DNA of 64,000 nucleotides from Haliotis rubra (Eukaryota): positions 1,922,001 to 1,986,000 of the forward strand of contig NW_025765059.1 of assembly GCF_003918875.1 (NCBI RefSeq), given 5' to 3'. Of this stretch, positions 36,466 through 50,677 are shown in pieces. The position numbers were made by a program, and so were the translations under genes. The notes beneath the pieces are model-generated. The model was not told where the DNA came from. It did not search any database and worked only from the letters and a program-made list of their open reading frames with translations. Positions within the stretch are counted from its first letter, which is position 1, and each line of letters opens with the position of its first letter.

Positions 36466-38500
36466 CTGCTACAACACTTAAACACTTTAGGCCTGTAAGT
36501 AACTAGCACCACCAATTTCCCATTACACCATGAGGCTCTAATCTGCTACAACACTTAAACACTTTAGGCCTGTAATTAACCAGCACCACCACTGGCCCAT
36601 TACACCATGAGGATCCTACAACATTAAACACCTGTAATTAACCAGCAGAGGATCTAATCTGCTACAACACTTAAACACTTTAGGCCTGTAAGTAACTAGC
36701 ACCACCAATTTCCCATTACACCATGAGGCTCTAATCTGCTACAACACTTAAACAGTTTATACCTGTAATTAACCAGCACCACCACTGGCCCATTACACCA
36801 TGAGGATCTAATCTGCTACAACACTTAAACAGTTTAGGCCTGTAAGTAACTAGCACCACCACTGGCCCATTACACCATGAGGATCTAATCTGCTACAACA
36901 CTTAAACACTTTAGGCCTGTAAGTAACTAGCACCACCACTGGCCCATTACACCATGAGGCTCTAATCTGCTACAACACTTAAACAGTTTAGGCCTGTAAG
37001 TAACTATAGTACTGTCGGAAATAGAAAAAAACTGTTTTGAGGCTGTTACTCTGTATCCCTAAAATTTACACAATTACAAATAGCATATTTCGAAATAACC
37101 CACTTCGGCCTAACTGGGCATTCAGTGGGATGCGTAATAGGATATCCAGAAAAGCATGTTTACTCATAAAATCGGGCAAAACTTATAAAAAATACGAATA
37201 GCTGCTGAAAACAATAGATCAGACCATAGATGGCAATTAGGTTGCTCAGCCAGGTATGACGACAGACCGTTGACTCACCTGGCATGAAATGCACATGCTG
37301 CCTACAGGCACAAGGGGTCATCTCAAAGATATTTTGTGCGTTTTTATGTGTGTTTACTATGTCTCATCTACTGATTAACATCTTACGTGTCTTTCTTTCA
37401 TAAAGTTTATGTTGAGATATGTAAGAGAGTATGATACCCGAAAACCATAGAAACGCATCGTAGTATATAGGTGGCATGACCACCCGAAGATCGACAGGAC
37501 TGGATATTATTTGTAAATTGTTATGACGTGCCGTGTACCTCCCCAGTATGATTGCCCTAAAGGATTATCTTATCTTAGCTGATATCTCTATCCCCAAGCC
37601 CGATCCCAGGTTTTGCTTTTGAGGCGACCCCTCCTATCTGTTTCTTTTTATAGTGACAGTGAGACTGCATGGTAGCTACATCCTTAATAGTTTCGGCATA
37701 AAAGTTATTATTTTTTACGTCAGCTATCGTTTATAATGAATCTACGTCTTATTTCAAATTGGGCATTTAAAAAGTGTCCTTTGTAATACAATATCGTCGC
37801 ACACTAATTTGCATAAAGCCATGGTCTGTTCCAAATAAGTCTTTGCTTATTTCTGTACTAATTTCCCCTCAGTAAAGTCCTTTTTCTCCGTTTCCTATCT
37901 CCCTACCACTGAGACTGTCGTAAGGCCGAACTTAGTTTAACAGATATTTCACACTTTTACATATCAACTACATAAATTGTAGAGATAAATCAGAAAATAC
38001 AGTTTTTTTCTATTTCCGACAGTACTATAGCACCACCACTGGCCCATTACACCATGAGGCTCTAATCTGCTACAACACTTAAACACTTTAGACCTGTAAT
38101 TAACCAGCACCACCACTGGCCCATTACACCATGAGGCTCTAATCTGCTACAACACTTAAACACTTTAGACCTGTAAGTAACAAGCACCACCACTGGCCCA
38201 TTACACCATGAGGCTCTAATCTGCTACAACACTTAAACACTTTAGACCTGTAAGTAACAAGCACCACCACTGGCCCATTACACCATGAGGCTCTAATCTG
38301 CTACAACACTTAAACACTTTAGACCTGTAAGTAACAAGCACCACCACTGGCCCATTACACCATGAGGCTCTAATCTGCTACCACCACTGGCCCATTACAC
38401 CATGAGGCTCTAATCTGCTACAACACTTAAACACTTTAGACCTGTAAGTAACTAGCACCACTGGTCCAGTACACCGTAAGGCTCCTCTGCTACAAGACTT
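36438..38500. repeat. 77-bp minisatellite (interrupted by a TIR element)
   Basis: Unit ctgctacaacacttaaacactttaggcctgtaagtaactagcaccaccactggcccattacaccatgaggctctaat; period 77 (36466 to 36543). Confidence 0.92.
37007..38027. mobile_element. Non-autonomous TIR element, TA TSD
   Basis: 28-bp TIR tagtactgtcggaaatagaaaaaaactg; inserted at the TA of a minisatellite unit (taac-ta-gcacc). Confidence 0.88.
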
Positions 38501-38644
38501 GACAATGACAACCAACGAACAAAGTTCTTGTGACTGACCTCATTGTTGCCTTGTAAAACAACCATAAGGGACGTATTCTAACATGGTTCATTGCCATTAC
38601 ATCAGATGATAGCACTTGCTACTGCTAGACAAAGATCTCTGGAC

Positions 38645-39821
38645 CACAGGGGCGTGTCACGCTTAGAAACAGCGGTAGAAAGACATATAGGTATATAGAC
38701 CCAACCCTAGTACTATATAAAAGGAAAGGGATGTAACGACGGAACCACCCCCTCCTCAATCTAAGTTAGATTTCACCATGTAAACTATTTTAAGGCCCCG
38801 TCGAGACCTACGGATCGACCAGATGATTTCCGAGATCGGTCAAAGCATTATTTCAGATGATTTCCCTCCGCCTACAAAAAATCATGATTACCCAAGACGG
38901 CGAAAACTCACCTTTTAAATTAGGTCAGCACCTATGTAGGGCTATCATTATTTCTAAAACTTTTCTCCAAAAATCATCGGCAAAAAACCATCATAAACTA
39001 CTCACTTGTCGGCCATAGATGGCCTTGACATTTGAGTGACCTGAGCACTAAATTTGTAAGAATAATTTTAGAGGTTAAATATTTATAAATATAATTTCCT
39101 AAAAATGAATCAATATCGAATGCCTTTTTACAACCTCTAAAACCATTCTTAACAATTTACTGTTCCGTACATAATCCAAAATATAGGATTATTGCAAAGT
39201 TCATATTTCGCGCCCATTAGCAAACAGTCAAAATCTTACAGTATATTACATTTTCCACCAATCGGATGGCCCAATTTCGTTTCTGCGAATCTGCTCAGAT
39301 CACTTGAATGTCAAGGCCATCTATGGCCGACAAGTGATTTTGATTGCCGATGGTTTTGGAGAACATGCCTGCTTACTGTCGAGGAAATGATTTGTAGATG
39401 TTGCAATAAGTTTTTAGACCCGTGGAATGGCGCTGCCGATCGAATCTAGCCCTACATAGGTGCTGTCAACGTGGCTGGAATTAATAAACAAATTTAAAAG
39501 GTGAGTTTTCGCTGTCTTGGGTGATCCATGATTTTGGCTTGGAATTGCGGAGGTAGCTGTTTTCGGTGAGTCGTGGCGTATAACTTTTGAAATAATGATC
39601 CGATTGTGACCATTTATAGCTCATTTTGTAGGGAAATCATCTGGCTTTCAATCCGTAGGTCTTGACGGGGCCTTAAAATAGTTTACGTGGTGAAATCTAA
39701 CTTAGATTGAGGAGGGGGTGGTTCCGTCGTTACATCCCTTTCCTTTTATATAGTACTAGGGTTGGGTCTATATACCTATATGTCTTTCTACCGCTGTTTC
39801 TAAGCGTGACACACCCCTGTG
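38645..39821. mobile_element. Foldback non-autonomous DNA transposon (CA...TG ends, 8-bp TSD; P/hAT-like)
   Basis: About 185-bp near-perfect TIRs plus inner inverted blocks; TSD ctctggac (38637, 39822). Confidence 0.9.
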
Positions 39822-41336
39822 CTCTGGACATCATGTAACTACATCAGAGAGACCTCTAAAAACTCGGATCAACTAATGAAATGATAGCAAGCAAATCAGA
39901 GAGCAACTTTCTCAAGCTTTACAGAACTAGTGTCAAACTTATAATCCACTTCCATTCAAGAGTTGTTTTGAAAAAAATACTTATTCAGAATCTAACATAA
40001 AGAAAATTCTGAATAAACTACTAGATGGTCCAGATTGTTTGTCAGTACATAGGCTATGAAAAGAGTCTTCCATTCAAATATTTATGCCACGGAAGTGATC
40101 TTTCCTGATCTGATTCCTTGGATGAAAGGTTGTTCTGATGTGGTCAAGTTGTCCTCAGATCTTTGTAAGGTGGTAGCAAGCACTAAGGTATAATTTTAGT
40201 GAGATTGAACCCAGGTTCTTCATAGGGAGACAAAAACAGGTTGTGAGTGGGGACCTATTGTACACTGGTTCCTCATGGGGAGCCAAGCCCACGTTGTCTT
40301 GACCAAGTCAGTCACCACCCAGTCCATTCAGACACCTCGACAACCAGCATAGGTTGCTGAGCAACTGGTGGAATCAGCAGGAAACGATCAGATCAATAAC
40401 CAAGAGCTGTGATACTATTGGCAAAGCGCCACATTTTCGTAATGAATATAAAAGGACACAAACCTAGCTTCACCATCTACAGAACATTATCAAAAGATGT
40501 CTACGAGATAGAGAAATTTATTGAGAAGAAAAACGATAATATGAAACATTTTTACAGAAAATGGAATGTCCTAGATGCAGTCCTGTAATTTATTTTTCAG
40601 TCTTTTAATTCTCTGTAATATTAGCTGGCATCTCAATTGTTAATCTATATTCCCAGTACTATATGTTATACATTGTCTGCTTTCTATTATGCAACCTGTA
40701 CCATTCTACTCTACCCACATATCTTGTTCAAATGTAACCAAGTAAAGTGAATAAAAATACTTTACAAAAAAAAGAAAGAGCTGTGAGTGTTTGTCGTGAG
40801 ATTAAGCTGTTAGAGTGTCTCTGTGTATTAGCGCTAGTTCTGCCTGAAGGCTAATGTTAGCTTCAAATAAAGTTACAACAAATATGTCTGGAATCTCCTC
40901 TCACCTCTCACTTGCCAAAATGGTCCTGCTAAAAGTAAGGTGAGCATATTTATCCCCTTCCAGTCATGTACTAGGGATATCAAGTACTTGGGGTAACAAT
41001 ACAATATTGTGAAAGGCACAAATGTATTAGAACTAAATTTAATTTAACTTAAAATGTCATCCATGTTCTTGTTTCTTTAAATCTGAATTCTGCAATATTC
41101 CAGCTCTATAAAATTGGTATGTAAATACTCAAATCTGGACCAGACAATCTGGTGATTGACATCGTGATCATCAACCTCCACCATCAGGATATGATGACAG
41201 CGTCTACCAAGTTAGCAATCCTGACCACCTGTTGGCAGCTTCGAACAACAAACATATGTTGTAGGCAACCAAGTTTATCCCACATCATTATAAACCTGAA
41301 GTAATGTTGGAATGTGTACAGTGAGAGTGAACATAC

Positions 41337-41486
41337 CTGGTTCTGAATGAGCCTCTGGTAGGACTGGGGTGGCACCTGGGGTGGCACCTGGGGGAGGGGT
41401 CTCCCGGCCATCCTTGAGTTCCCTTGCTCTCGCTGTACAGTGTAGTTCCTGGGAGGCAGTCCAGGGCTGGAGGCACCACTCTGTCT
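41337..41486 (-). CDS. SH2-myosin tail exon (proline-rich)
   Basis: RQSGASSPGLPPRNY...GRPLPQVPPQVPPQSYQRLIQNQ; AG/GT, phase 0/0. Confidence 0.75.
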
Positions 41487-41529
41487 CTGCACATCATAAA
41501 CATAAAGTTTAACATCTGTGAACCTGTAT

Positions 41530-41682
41530 TGAGTGAGTGAGTGAGTTTGGTTTTATGCTGCTTTTAGCAATATTTCAGGAATATCAAGGCGGGGGGCACC
41601 AGAAATGGGCTTCACACATTGTACCCATGTGGGAAATCGAACCTGGGTCTTCAGTGTGATGAGCGAACGCTTTAACCACTAG
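41530..41682 (-). mobile_element. SINE family A abutting a (gcac)n microsatellite
   Basis: Matches the copy at 28891; the head is replaced by (gcac)n at about 41690-41755. Confidence 0.8.
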
Positions 41683-41950
41683 GATGCATGCACGCAGGCA
41701 CGCATGCACGCACGCACGCGCACGCACGCACGGCACACGCACGCACGCACGCACAAACCTGTAAATGGCATTGACGCATCATGGATGTAACATCAGCAGA
41801 AATCTCTCTTTAAACAGGCCATGAGCCGGTATCACTACATGTAATGTAAGTAACAAATAATTTTTTTTAATCTACATGACAGATTTATTTCAGTTTGTTA
41901 ATCAATCCTCCATGCGGACACCAGACATGTGTGACTGACAGAGCACCTAC

Positions 41951-42040
41951 CGTTGACCTTGATGGTGTAGCTGCAGGGTCAAGGACAAAGTACATGCGGT
42001 TGGAATCGTCCATGAGGTCCATGTAGTCGCAGTCACCACT
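41951..42040 (-). CDS. SH2-myosin tail exon
   Basis: SGDCDYMDLMDDSNRMYFVLDPAATPSRST; cttacag|...|gtaggt. Confidence 0.75.
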
Positions 42041-42908
42041 CTGTAAGACAGCATAATCAGGGTTGGATGGGGGGAGCTAGAGGTGGGGAGGGAGGTGGAG
42101 GTGGGGAGGATGGGAGGGAACACATCATGTAGTAAAGTATAACAAGAGTCACAGGTACAGAGCTCACCTTTATAGTTATACAGAACTTGAGTAAGAAAAA
42201 CGTTTCTAAACTATGTATGTGAACTATATTGAGAGAATATGTTGTTTTCAAACACAGACCTTTAATTATTTGGTCACAAAAGCTCTGGCCTAAAATTCAA
42301 AGTAGCTAATCAGAAATATAAGTAGTACTGCCACAAACCACCCTACAGGAACACGATAACAAACCACCCAATTTGTGAGTCGCCTCTTATGACAAGCATG
42401 GGTTGCTGAAGACCCAGTGGACCTTCGCATGAAGACTCACAAAAGAAGTAATGACTGTTGTTCCACACATTTTGTCCTCTCAAATGACATCCCAGATAGC
42501 ACTCGGACTTGGCCCAACGTTGGCAATGTTGGCAAAACCATTGCCAATGTTAGGCCAACGTCTGAATGCTATCTGGGATGCAGTTAATGTTTGTCAGTGT
42601 CATTTATATCGGCTGAACCACCTAACCAGTGTCATAGTTCATCAATATGAATGGTTCTCGATGTACAAGTTGGCAAATTGCTGATTACACTACAACTAGA
42701 ACATGTAACACCAACAAGAGGTTAGCTGGTAGTACTGGCAATGTTTACTGGACTTGAGCAGTCTCTATTTAAAAACTAAAACTAAAATCTCTCACAATAC
42801 ACTGATAAGCAATTAAACAGACTGTTCACATAACACCAATAATTACAAAACATTTTTCCAAAGGTAACATAAATACAGAATAACACAGGTTTTTGTCTAT
42901 ATATTTAC

Positions 42909-42956
42909 CTGTCCACATGGATCAGTCAGCAGACTCTTCCAGTTGGAGATGTGATG
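42909..42956 (-). CDS. SH2-myosin exon (end of SH2 domain)
   Basis: HHISNWKSLLTDPCGQ; the LTxPCGQ ending is typical of SH2D2A/SH2D4-type SH2 domains. Confidence 0.8.
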
Positions 42957-43019
42957 CTGAAAGATGTGAGAAGGGTGATATATATCTCATGCCAGCATTG
43001 TATTACTTGGCCCTGAAGC

Positions 43020-46000
43020 ACACTATCATAGTACTACATAGGCCTCCATTGCAATACCATCATACTACATAGGCCTCCATCACACTACCATCATACTACA
43101 TAGGCCTCCATTGCAATACCATCATATTACACAGGCCTCCAACACACCACTGTCGTATGACATGGGCCTCCATCACACAACCATCATATTACATAGGTCT
43201 CCATCACACTACCATCATATTACATAGGCCTCCATCACACAACTATCATATTACACAGGCCTCCAACACACCACTGTCGTATGACATGGGCCTCCATCAC
43301 ACAACCATCATATTACATAGGCCTCCATCACACAACCATCATATTACATAGGCCTCCATCACACTACCATCATATTACATAGGCCTCCATCACACAACTA
43401 TCATATTATATAGGCCTCCATCACACTACCATTGTATTACATAGGCCTCCATCACACTACCATTGTATTACATAGGCCTCCATCACACATCATTGTATTA
43501 CATAGGCCTCCATCATACCATTGTATTACATAGGCCTCCATCACACTACCATTGTATTGACATAGGGCCTCCATCACACTACCATCATATTACATAGGCC
43601 TCCATCACACTACCATCATATTACATAGGCCTCCATCACACAACTATCATATTATATAGGCCTCCATCACACCATTGCCTTGTTACATAGGCCTCCCTCC
43701 ATCACACAACCATCATATCACACAGGCCTCCATCCACAAACCATCATATGACATAGGTCTCCATCACACAACCATCATATATTACACAGGCCTCCATCAC
43801 ACAACCATCATATCATATCACACAGGCCTCATATGACATCAGGTCTTCATCACATCATATTACATAGGCCTCCATCACACAACCATCATATGACATAGGC
43901 CTCCATTGCAATACCATCATATTACACAGGCCTCCATCACACCACTGTCTTATGACATGGGCCTCCATCACACAACCATCATATTACATAGGCCTCCATC
44001 ACACAACCATCATATTACATAGGCCTCCATCACACAACCATCATATTACATAGGCCTCCATCACACAACAACCATTACATATTCACACAACCATCATATT
44101 ACATAGGCCTCCATCACACTACCATCATATTACATAGGCCTCCATCACACAACCATCATATTACATAGGCCTCCATCCACACACTACATAGGCATCACAC
44201 AACCATTGTATTACATAGGCCTCCATCACACTACCATTGTATTACATAGGCCTCCATCACACTACCATTGTATTACATAGGCCTCCATCACACTACCATC
44301 ATATTACATAGGCCTCCATCACACAACTATCATATTATATAGGCCTCCATCACACCATTGCCTTGTTACATAGGCCTCCATCACACAACCATCATATCAC
44401 ACACGCCTCCATCACACAACCATCATATCACACAGGCCTCTATCACACAACCATCATATGACATAGGTCTCCATCACACAACCATCATATTACACAGGCC
44501 TCCATCACACAACCATCATATCACACAGGCCTCTATCACACAACCATCATATGACATAGGTCTCCATCACACAACCATCATATGACATAGGTCTCCATCA
44601 CACAACCATCATATGACATAGGCCTCCATTGCAATACCATCATATTACACAGGCCTCCAACACACCACTGTCGTATGACATGGGCCTCCATCACACAACC
44701 ATCATATTACATAGGTCTCCATCACACAACTATCATATTACATAGGCCTCCATCACACAACTATCATATTACACAGGCCTCCAACACACCACTGTCGTAT
44801 GACATGGGCCTCCATCACACAACCATCATATTACATAGGTCTCCATCACACAACCATCATATTACATAGGCCTCCATCACACTACCATCATATTACATAG
44901 GCCTCCATCACACAACTATCATATTATATAGGCCTCCATCACACTACCATTGTATTACATAGGCCTCCATCACACTACCATTGTATTACATAGGCCTCCA
45001 TCACACTACCATTGTATTACATAGGCCTCCATCACACTACCATTGTATTACATAGGCCTCCATCACACTACCATTGTATTACATAGGCCTCCATCACACT
45101 ACCATCATATTACATAGGCCTCCATCACACAACTATCATATTATATAGGCCTCCATCACACCATTGCCTTGTTACATAGGCCTCCATCACACAACCATCA
45201 TATCACACACGCCTCCATCACACAACCATCATATCACACAGGCCTCTATCACACAACCATCATATGACATAGGTCTCCATCACACAACCATCATATTACA
45301 CAGGCCTCCATCACACAACCATCATATCACACAGGCCTCTATCACACAACCATCATATGACATAGGTCTCCATCACACAACCATCATATGACATAGGTCT
45401 CCATCACACAACCATCATATGACATAGGCCTCCATCACACAACTATCATATTACATAGGCCTCCATCAAACTGCAATCGTATTACACAGGCCTCCATCAC
45501 ACAACCATCATATGACATAGGCCTCCATCACACAACCATCATATGACATAGGCCTCCATCACACAACTATCATATTACATAGGCCTCCATCAAACTGCAA
45601 TCGTATTACATAGGCCTCCATCACACAACCATCATATTACATAGGCCTCCATCACACAGCCATCATACCACACAGGCCTCCATCACACAACCATCATATT
45701 ACACAGGCCTCCATCACACAACCATCATATTACACAGGCCTCTATCACACAACCATCATATTACACAGGCCTCCATCATCATATTACACAGGCCTCCATC
45801 ACACAACCATCATATTACACAGGCCTCCATCACACAACCATCATATTACACAGGCCTCCATCACACAACCATCATATTACACAGGCCTCCATCACACATC
45901 CATCATATGACATAGGCCTCCATCACACAACTTTCATATTACATAGGCATCCATCACACTACCATTGTATTACATAGGCCTCCATCACACTACCATTGTA

Positions 46001-46200
46001 TTACATAGGCCTCCATCACACTACCATCGTATTACATAGGCCTCCATCACACAACTATCATGTTACATAGGCCTCCATCACACCATTGTCTTGCTACATG
46101 GGCCTCCATCATACTACCATCATATTACATGGGCCTCCATTGCACTACCATCAGATTACATGGCCTTCCTTGACATTATTATCACATTACATAGGCCTTC
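43020..46200. repeat. 31-bp satellite, about 100 units, intronic
   Basis: Unit ggcctccatcacacaaccatcatattacata. Confidence 0.95.
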
Positions 46201-46275
46201 AACACATTATTATCAAATTACAAATTTGGTTGTACATATATTATGTAGAATAGTTGTTAAGCAAAGAGTACTTAC

Positions 46276-46393
46276 TGTTTTATGGTGCTCGATCATGTCA
46301 TGGAGTGACCGATGAACTTTGCTTTCTCCAAGAATGATAAATTTTCCATTTCTTATCTGGTCAATCATATAATGGCGTGACCTGTCTTCAGCT
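46276..46393 (-). CDS. SH2-myosin exon (SH2 betaD to alphaB)
   Basis: AEDRSRHYMIDQIRNGKFIILGESKVHRSLHDMIEHHKT; AG/GT. Confidence 0.88.
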
Positions 46394-46586
46394 CTGTCAA
46401 CAAACAAGTTTCGAAAATTAGGAAATAAGTTGCTGCCTTGTACTGCCATTTACGTCATGATATCAAGGAAGTCAGATGAGTGAATGCTGTAAGATGATGG
46501 CTCCCGTGTTGCCATGAAATACGGCACTCTGGAGTTAGTTGCAATATGAAACATTACCATGGTTACAGGTATATACAAGTGCTTAC

Positions 46587-46676
46587 CTGAATGACAGGGT
46601 GTAGCCAAAGCGGCTTTCACTGACTCGGATGAGGTAGCAGCCAACTGGCATCCCTTTCAACAGAGCCTCGGACTGT
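46587..46676 (-). CDS. SH2-myosin exon (SH2 FLVRES-like motif)
   Basis: QSEALLKGMPVGCYLIRVSESRFGYTLSFR; phase 2/2. Confidence 0.9.
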
Positions 46677-46719
46677 CTGTGAAACAAATGAAACACACTG
46701 CTCAAAGCAATATGGATAA

Positions 46720-47070
46720 TGTGGTAAGTATGACATATTATGTGGCTATCACATATTATATAACCATGGTTGTAAGGGTCACAGATCATGTTGCAAGGAT
46801 CATAGATTATGAGACAAGTATCACAGATTATGAGACAAGTATCACACATTATGTGGCTATCACATATTATGTTAACATGGTTGTAAGGATCACAGATTAT
46901 GTTGCAAGGATCATATATAATATGAGACAAATATCACAGATTATGAGACAAGTATCACACATTATGTGGCTATCACATATTATGTTACTATGGTTATAGA
47001 TCACAGGTTATGTTGCAAGTATCACAGATTATGTTACCATGGTTACAAGGATCATAGATAATGTGGCAAG
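46720..47070. repeat. Degenerate tandem repeat (atcacagattatg... units)
   Basis: Repeated atcaca(g/c/t)attatg(agacaagt/ttgcaagg/tggct) blocks. Confidence 0.75.
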
Positions 47071-47417
47071 GAAGGTGTTCGGTTGATGATACTTTCAATA
47101 ATCACTTAGATAATATCCTTTCATGATCAGTTAATAAGGGGTTCAAACTCCTCACAGCAGATCCTTGCACCGCTAAACGGCACAATGTCTGGATGTGTCA
47201 GAGGTACTGGGTCCATAGTGCTTATTCCCTCTGAGGTCTTGTCAGCATGAGCATGTGTGAGACTGAGAAATTGGGTCATTGAAGTACAATTTGATTGACC
47301 GATTGATTGGAGTTTGCAGAGAAAAAAAATTGTTTGGAGTTAATGCAATCTTGTTTGGACTGCAGATGACACAAAATCCCCAATTAAGTAAGAGTATTTT
47401 CTAAACACAAGCCTTAC

Positions 47418-47614
47418 TTCCTGGAGATGATGCCGTGAAACCATGGGGCAAACTTCCCTGACTGCGGCTCCACGACATTCTCAGTCTGGGTGGACTGGAA
47501 CCAGATGGTGGCCGCCTTCCGCCCTGGGGCTCCAAACTTGTTGCGATTAGAAGCATCAGCTTTGAAATCATCATCCATGATTTCATCGTCTTCATCATCA
47601 TCATCATCATCCAT
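47418..47614 (-). CDS. SH2-myosin exon (acidic linker plus SH2 start)
   Basis: MDDDDDDEDDEI...FAPWFHGIISRK; WFHG is the SH2 N-terminal motif. Confidence 0.88.
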
Positions 47615-47844
47615 CTGGAAAACAGTTTATCAGTCTGTAGATATACGTGATGGAGGTAGTGAAGCTCATTCTGCTCTCATAGGCAACTACTACATGAAGC
47701 TACATGGTATAACTTCTGCGGTGCACTGAGACAAACAACTCTCTCTTAAAAGGATGACATTCATTCCTCAAAATACCTTACTGTGGACTGTCAGCATTAA
47801 CAAATAAAGATAAAATATTATAAACGAGCTTTACGCTTTACCCA

Positions 47845-47958
47845 CCCCAGTCCCACATGACACGGTGTGCTTCTCTGGCTGGAGGTAGCTGTTTATGGAA
47901 CCAGTTGGAGAGTGAAGTGGCAAAGCAGGTGGCTGAAGTTGATCACTCTTTTTCTTGT
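47845..47958 (-). CDS. SH2-myosin exon (donor position uncertain)
   Basis: tttcag| phase 1; DKKKSDQLQPPALPLHSPTGSINSYLQPEKHT...; several candidate GT donors between 47835 and 47863. Confidence 0.6.
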
Positions 47959-48129
47959 CTGAAACACAAATATGAAAGTCATAAAAGCATCTTGGGACCT
48001 CCATCTCAGGGACTATAAATACCTCTGTTGAGTTATAAGGAACCAATGCTATGCATAGGATATTCCCAACCTTTTAACAAAATGATACTCCACACCAACT
48101 GTACAATAGATTTATACTCGACATCTACC

Positions 48130-50677
48130 GTACAACAAAGTTATATTCCACATGTACCTTACAACAGAGTTATATTCCACACGTACCTTACAACAGAGTT
48201 ATATTCCACACGTACCTTACAACAGAGTTATATTCCACACCTACCTTACAACAGAGTTATATTCCACACCTACCTTACAACAGAGTTATATTCCACACCT
48301 ACCTTACAACAGAGTTATACTCCACACATACCTTACAACAGAGTTATATTCCACACCTACCTTACAACAGAGTTATATTCCACACCTACCTTACAACAGA
48401 GTTATATTCCACACCTACCTTACAACAGAGTTATATTCCACACCTACCTTACAACAGAGTTATATTCCACACGTACCTTACAACAGAGTTATATTCCACA
48501 CGCATTGCCTTACAACAGAGTTATACTCCACACATACCTTACAACAGAGTTATATTCCACACCTACCTTACAACAGAGTTATATTCCACACCTACCTTAC
48601 AACAGAGTTATATTCCACACCTACCTTACAACAGAGTTATACTCCACACATACCCACAACAGAGCTATAATCCTTACAACAGAGTTATATTCCACACCTA
48701 CCTTACAACAGAGTTATATTCCACACCTACCTTACAACAGAGTTATATTCCACACCTACCTTACAACAGAATTATATTCCACACCTACTTTACAACAGAG
48801 TTATATTCCACAACTACTTTACAACAGAGTTATACTCCATACGTACCTTACAACAGAGTATACTCCACACCTACCTTACAACAGAGTTATACTCCACACC
48901 AACCTTACAACAGAGTTATACTCCACACATACCTTACAACAGAGTTATACTCCACACCTACCTTACAACAGAGTTATACTCCACACCAACCTTACAACAG
49001 AGTTATACTCCACACATACCTTACAACAGAGTTATACTCCACACCAACCTTACAACAGAGTTATACTCCACACATACCTTACAACAGAGTTATACTCCAC
49101 ACATACCTTACAACAGAGTTATACTCCACACCTACCTTACAACAGAGTTATACTCCACACCTAACCTTACAACAGAGTTATAATTCACACATACCTTACA
49201 ACAGAGTTATACTCCACACCTACCTTACAACAGAGTTATACTCCACACATACCTTACAACAGAGTTATACTCCACACCAACCTTACAACAGAGTTATACT
49301 CCACACCTACCTTACAACAGAGTTATACTCCACACCAACCTTACAACAGAGTTATACTCCACACATACCTTACAACAGAGTTATACTCCACACATACCTT
49401 ACAACAGAGTTATACTCCACACCTACCTTACAACAGAGTTATACTCCATAATTGCACCTTACAACAGAGTTATACTCCCACACCAACCTTAGCAACAGAG
49501 TTATACTCCACACGCACCTTACAACAGAGTTATATTCCACACCAACCTTAGAACAGAGTTATATTTCACACCAACCTTACAACAGAGTTATACTCCACTC
49601 GTACCTTACAACAGAGTTATACTCCACACGTACCTTACAACAGAGTTATACTCCACACCAACCTTACAACAGAGTTATACTCCACACCTACCTTACAACA
49701 GAGTTATACTCCACACCTACCTTACAACAGAGTTATACTCCACACCAACCTTACAACAGAGTTATACTCCACACCTACCTTACAACAGAGTTATACTCCA
49801 CACCAACCTTACAACAGAGTTATACTCCACACATACCTTACAACAGAGTTATATTCCACACCTACCTTACAACAGAGTTATACTCCACACCTACCTTACA
49901 ACAGAGTTATACTCCACACCTACCTTACAACAGAGTTATACTCCACACCAACCTTACAACAGAGTTATACTCCACACATACCTTACAACAGAGTTATACT
50001 CCACACATACCTTACAACAGAGTTATACTCCACACCTACCTTACAACAGAGTTATACTCCATACGTACCTTACAACAGAGTTATACTCCACACCAACCTT
50101 ACAACAGAGTTATACTCCACACGTACCTTACAACAGAGTTATATTCCACACCAACCTTAGAACAGAGTTATATTTCACACCAACCTTACAACAGAGTTAT
50201 ACTCCACACCTACCTTACAACAGAGTTATACTCCACACCAACCTTAGAACAGAGTTATATTTCACACCAACCTTACAACAGAGTTATACTCCACTCATAC
50301 CTTACAACAGAGTTATACTCCATACGTACCTTACAACAGAGTTATACTCCACACCTACCTTACAACAGAGTTATACTCCACACCAACCTTACAACAGAGT
50401 TATACTCCACACGTACCTTACAACAGAGTTATACTCCACACATACCTTACAACAGAGTTATACTCCACACCAACCTTACAACAGAGTTATACTCCACACC
50501 AAACTTACAACAGAGTTATACTCCACACCAACCTTACAACAGAGTTATACTCCACACCTACCTTACAACAGAGTTATATTCCACACGTACCTTACAACAG
50601 AGTTATATTCCACACCTACCTTACAACAGAGTTATATTCCACACCTACCTTACAACAGAGTTATATTCCACACCCAC
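48130..50677. repeat. 29-bp satellite, about 88 units, starting at a myosin 5' splice site
   Basis: Unit cttacaacagagttata(c/t)tccacac(c/a/g)(t/a)ac. Confidence 0.95.

Noticed and set aside
43157-45391. His-rich ORFs
   Set aside because: Products of the 31-bp satellite
47777-47787. 11-nt myosin micro-exon (ag|TCCACAGTAAG|gt)
   Set aside because: Phase-compatible with one candidate donor but unsupported without transcripts
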